A stretch of 63,589 nucleotides of DNA, counting the filler, from Reclinomonas americana ATCC 50394 (taxonomy: Eukaryota): assembly GCA_048213135.1 (NCBI GenBank). It is 57 parts of 57 records of this genome, joined end to end, with 100 filler letters (N's around TTAATTAATTAA, not from the genome) between each part and the next. Parts side by side here need not be neighbours in the genome. Positions count along the whole stretch, not along the records: positions 61,474 to 62,481 come from AFZH01026856.1; positions 62,582 to 63,589 come from AFZH01026857.1; 55 more parts are not named here. One strand, given 5' to 3'. The notes beneath the pieces were generated by a model. That model saw nothing but the letters and a program-made list of their open reading frames with translations. It searched no databases and was not told where the DNA came from. Every line of letters begins with the position of its first letter. Positions within the stretch are counted from its first letter, which is position 1. A program made the translations under genes and the position numbers. This document shows positions 61,545 to 63,589 of the stretch, in pieces.

Positions 61545-62109
61545 CTTCACCGGGTTCGTCTGCATTGCTGTGTGTTGTCAGAGTGGTCACTTCGGTAACA
61601 GGAAGTCCACTGCGTCTCTTTATGTGGGTGGTTGCCTGGGATTCGTTGGGCGCAAGAGTGATCAAGGGAAGGGTTGAGTTGTTGTGTCTGTACCATCATT
61701 GTCGTTGTGATCTCCTTGTGTGCCGTCGTGGTGGGGTGGTTGTCTGAGATTCGTTAGACGAGATCAGTTTGTTGTGCGAGAGGGATCAAGGGAAGGGTTG
61801 AGTTCTCGACTTTGTGCATCACTTTTGAGGCCCGTCGTTCCGTCAACCGTGGTGGGGTGGTTGTCTGGGCGAGATCAGAGTGGGTCAAGTCTCTGTGCCT
61901 TCAGATTTGAGGTCTGTGTCGCTGGTGTCCGTGATGTGACTGTCTGTCAAGTGCTTGAGGGTGGGGCGTTTTGTTTGAGTCATGGTAGGAGTTTCAGAGC
62001 GTGCTTGTTTACATGCAGACGTCGTGGGCGGTGGGAGGTGGATGCCTGCCACCTTGCAGCACTGTGTACTTCCTATTTACACAACTCATCCCCGTTTTTC
62101 CGTCCCAGA

Positions 62110-62288
62110 TCCAAGTGGCCAGCGACATTCACCTGGAGTTCGATCGTGCAAGAGCCGGCAAGGTGCCACTGGAGAGCATCATCGTACCGGCGGCGCCGTA
62201 TCTGGCTCTGGTCGGCGATATTGGGTTGCATGTGCAGGCGGAGCAGTATGAGGTGTTCCTGCGTGCACTTTCGCCGTCGTTTGAAAAG
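62110..62288 (+). CDS. Calcineurin-like metallophosphoesterase exon
   Basis: IQVASDIHLEF...PAAPYLALVGDIG...YEVFLRALSPSFEK contains the DxH and GD motifs. Confidence 0.85.
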
Positions 62289-62643
62289 GTTCGGATTGGC
62301 AAGATTGTCGGAGCGACAGCACAAAGGGTTGGTCTGTCGTGTGCATGTTGACACTCTCTCCCTCCTGTCTTTCTCTCTCTCTCTCTCTCCCTCTCTCCCT
62401 CTCTCCCTCTCTCCCTCTCCCTCTCTCCTCTCTATTTTTCTTTTTTCCTCCCTCCATCGCCTGGTTTCTCCGCTCACCCTCNNNNNNNNNNNNNNNNNNN
62501 NNNNNNNNNNNNNNNNNNNNNNNNNTTAATTAATTAANNNNNNNNNNNNNNNNNNNNNNNNNNNNNNNNNNNNNNNNNNNNAGCGAGAGAGAGGCGCGAG
62601 AGAGGAGAGAAGAGAGAGGAAAGTCCTCATGTCGAGTGTGCAG

Positions 62644-63582
62644 GTGGCGACTGCGGAACTCCGCAAGAAGGGTGTGCAGATGGCCTCACGCAAGAGCTCG
62701 CGGCCGGCCTCCGAGGGCCTCGTCGCACTGCTCGTGCAGAACAACAGCGCATTTGCAGTGGAGGTGACTGTCAATTATCACATCATCATCATCATCGCCA
62801 CTCAATTCTCCTCTCTCAGGTCAATTGTGAGACCGACTTTGTCGCTCGTAACGAGCAGTTCCAGGCGTACGCAAAGGCGGTGGCGGAGACGGGAATGGCG
62901 TCGGCGGCGAATCGTGCGGATCTGTCGGTCAGTGCGTTGTCTGGCAGCACTGAGGCGAGTGATGTGCGTTGTTGAAACGATGAGTCGTGCATGCTGACTG
63001 GTGAGCAGACGGTGGAGAAGCGACGTGTGGATCTGGTGGCGAGTCTGGGCGAGAACATTGTGGTTCGGCGGTCGTCGTTTGTCGAGTTGGCAAAGGTGGA
63101 GAGGCGAGGAATCGTGGCAATGCGTGCGTGCTGCAATCGCTCACACACACACGCGCGTCGCACCGCAGGATGCTCCCTCGGCGGCACTGGCATCGTACAT
63201 GCACAACGTGGCGGTGCCGGGCCTGGCCAAGATCGCCGTGGTGGTGTCCATGGTTGCTGATGCGCCCGGCAAGGAGAGTGCACTGGCCGATGTCGGTCGC
63301 GAGATTGCCATGCACATTGCTGCTCTGAAGGTCCGCGACCATCCCGCCTCTTCCCTGCCGCTCGTCTCACTCACTCACTCAACCTTACAGCCCCGATTCC
63401 TGGACCGAACGTCGGTACCGGCCCATGTGCTGGCCGAGGAGCGTGCCATCATCGAGCACCAGGCCAAGGAGAGCAAGAAGCCGGCAAAGGTGATTGAGAA
63501 GATGGTGGAGGGACGGTTGACCAAGTTCTTCCAGGACGACTGCTTGCTCGATCAGGAGTACGTGCGCGAAGAGAAGAAGACA
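62644..63582 (+). CDS. TSFM: Mitochondrial elongation factor Ts, spliced fragment
   Basis: LRKKG...ASEGLV, EVNCETDFVARN, LGENIVVRR, IAMHIAA, KVIEKMVEGRLTKFF...LLDQ; spliceosomal introns show it is nuclear-encoded. Confidence 0.95.
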
Positions 63583-63589
63583 GGTGAGA

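Overview
This window is not contiguous DNA. It is an artificial concatenation of 57 short contigs (about 1.0 kb each, roughly decreasing in length) joined by 56 spacers of N-run + TTAATTAATTAA + N-run, so gene neighbourhoods across spacers mean nothing. Most contigs come from an intron-rich microbial eukaryote with GC-rich exons and short GT-AG introns full of (CT/GA)n and (CA/GT)n microsatellites. Recognisable gene fragments are tepsin/MTV1, a PQ-loop transporter, RRN3, a cis-prenyltransferase, a homeobox protein, two near-identical NAP1/NCKAP1 copies, eIF3a, a thiolase, an SLC35C2-like transporter, nicotinamide riboside kinase, a NEK-like kinase, mevalonate kinase, coactosin, ACBP, a metallophosphoesterase and mitochondrial EF-Ts. 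There are also several EGF, cadherin, Ig-like, NHL and beta-solenoid surface proteins. Three contigs (24684-26820, 29161-30176) are intronless bacterial DNA that looks alphaproteobacterial (LysR, CDF transporter, DUF2975 + HTH). The most notable leads are a candidate non-canonical telomeric repeat (TCAAGGG)n at two contig ends, an intron-containing gene with a bacterial/phage-type ParB/Srx-like DGxHR domain, an atypical homeodomain (WFEN, possible long loop insertion), intron-bounded tandem cadherin repeats, a Crinkler-like coiled-coil protein and a repeat carrying a GCGAAGC hairpin. All family calls come from motif recognition by eye; no database searches were run, and exon boundaries are approximate unless stated.
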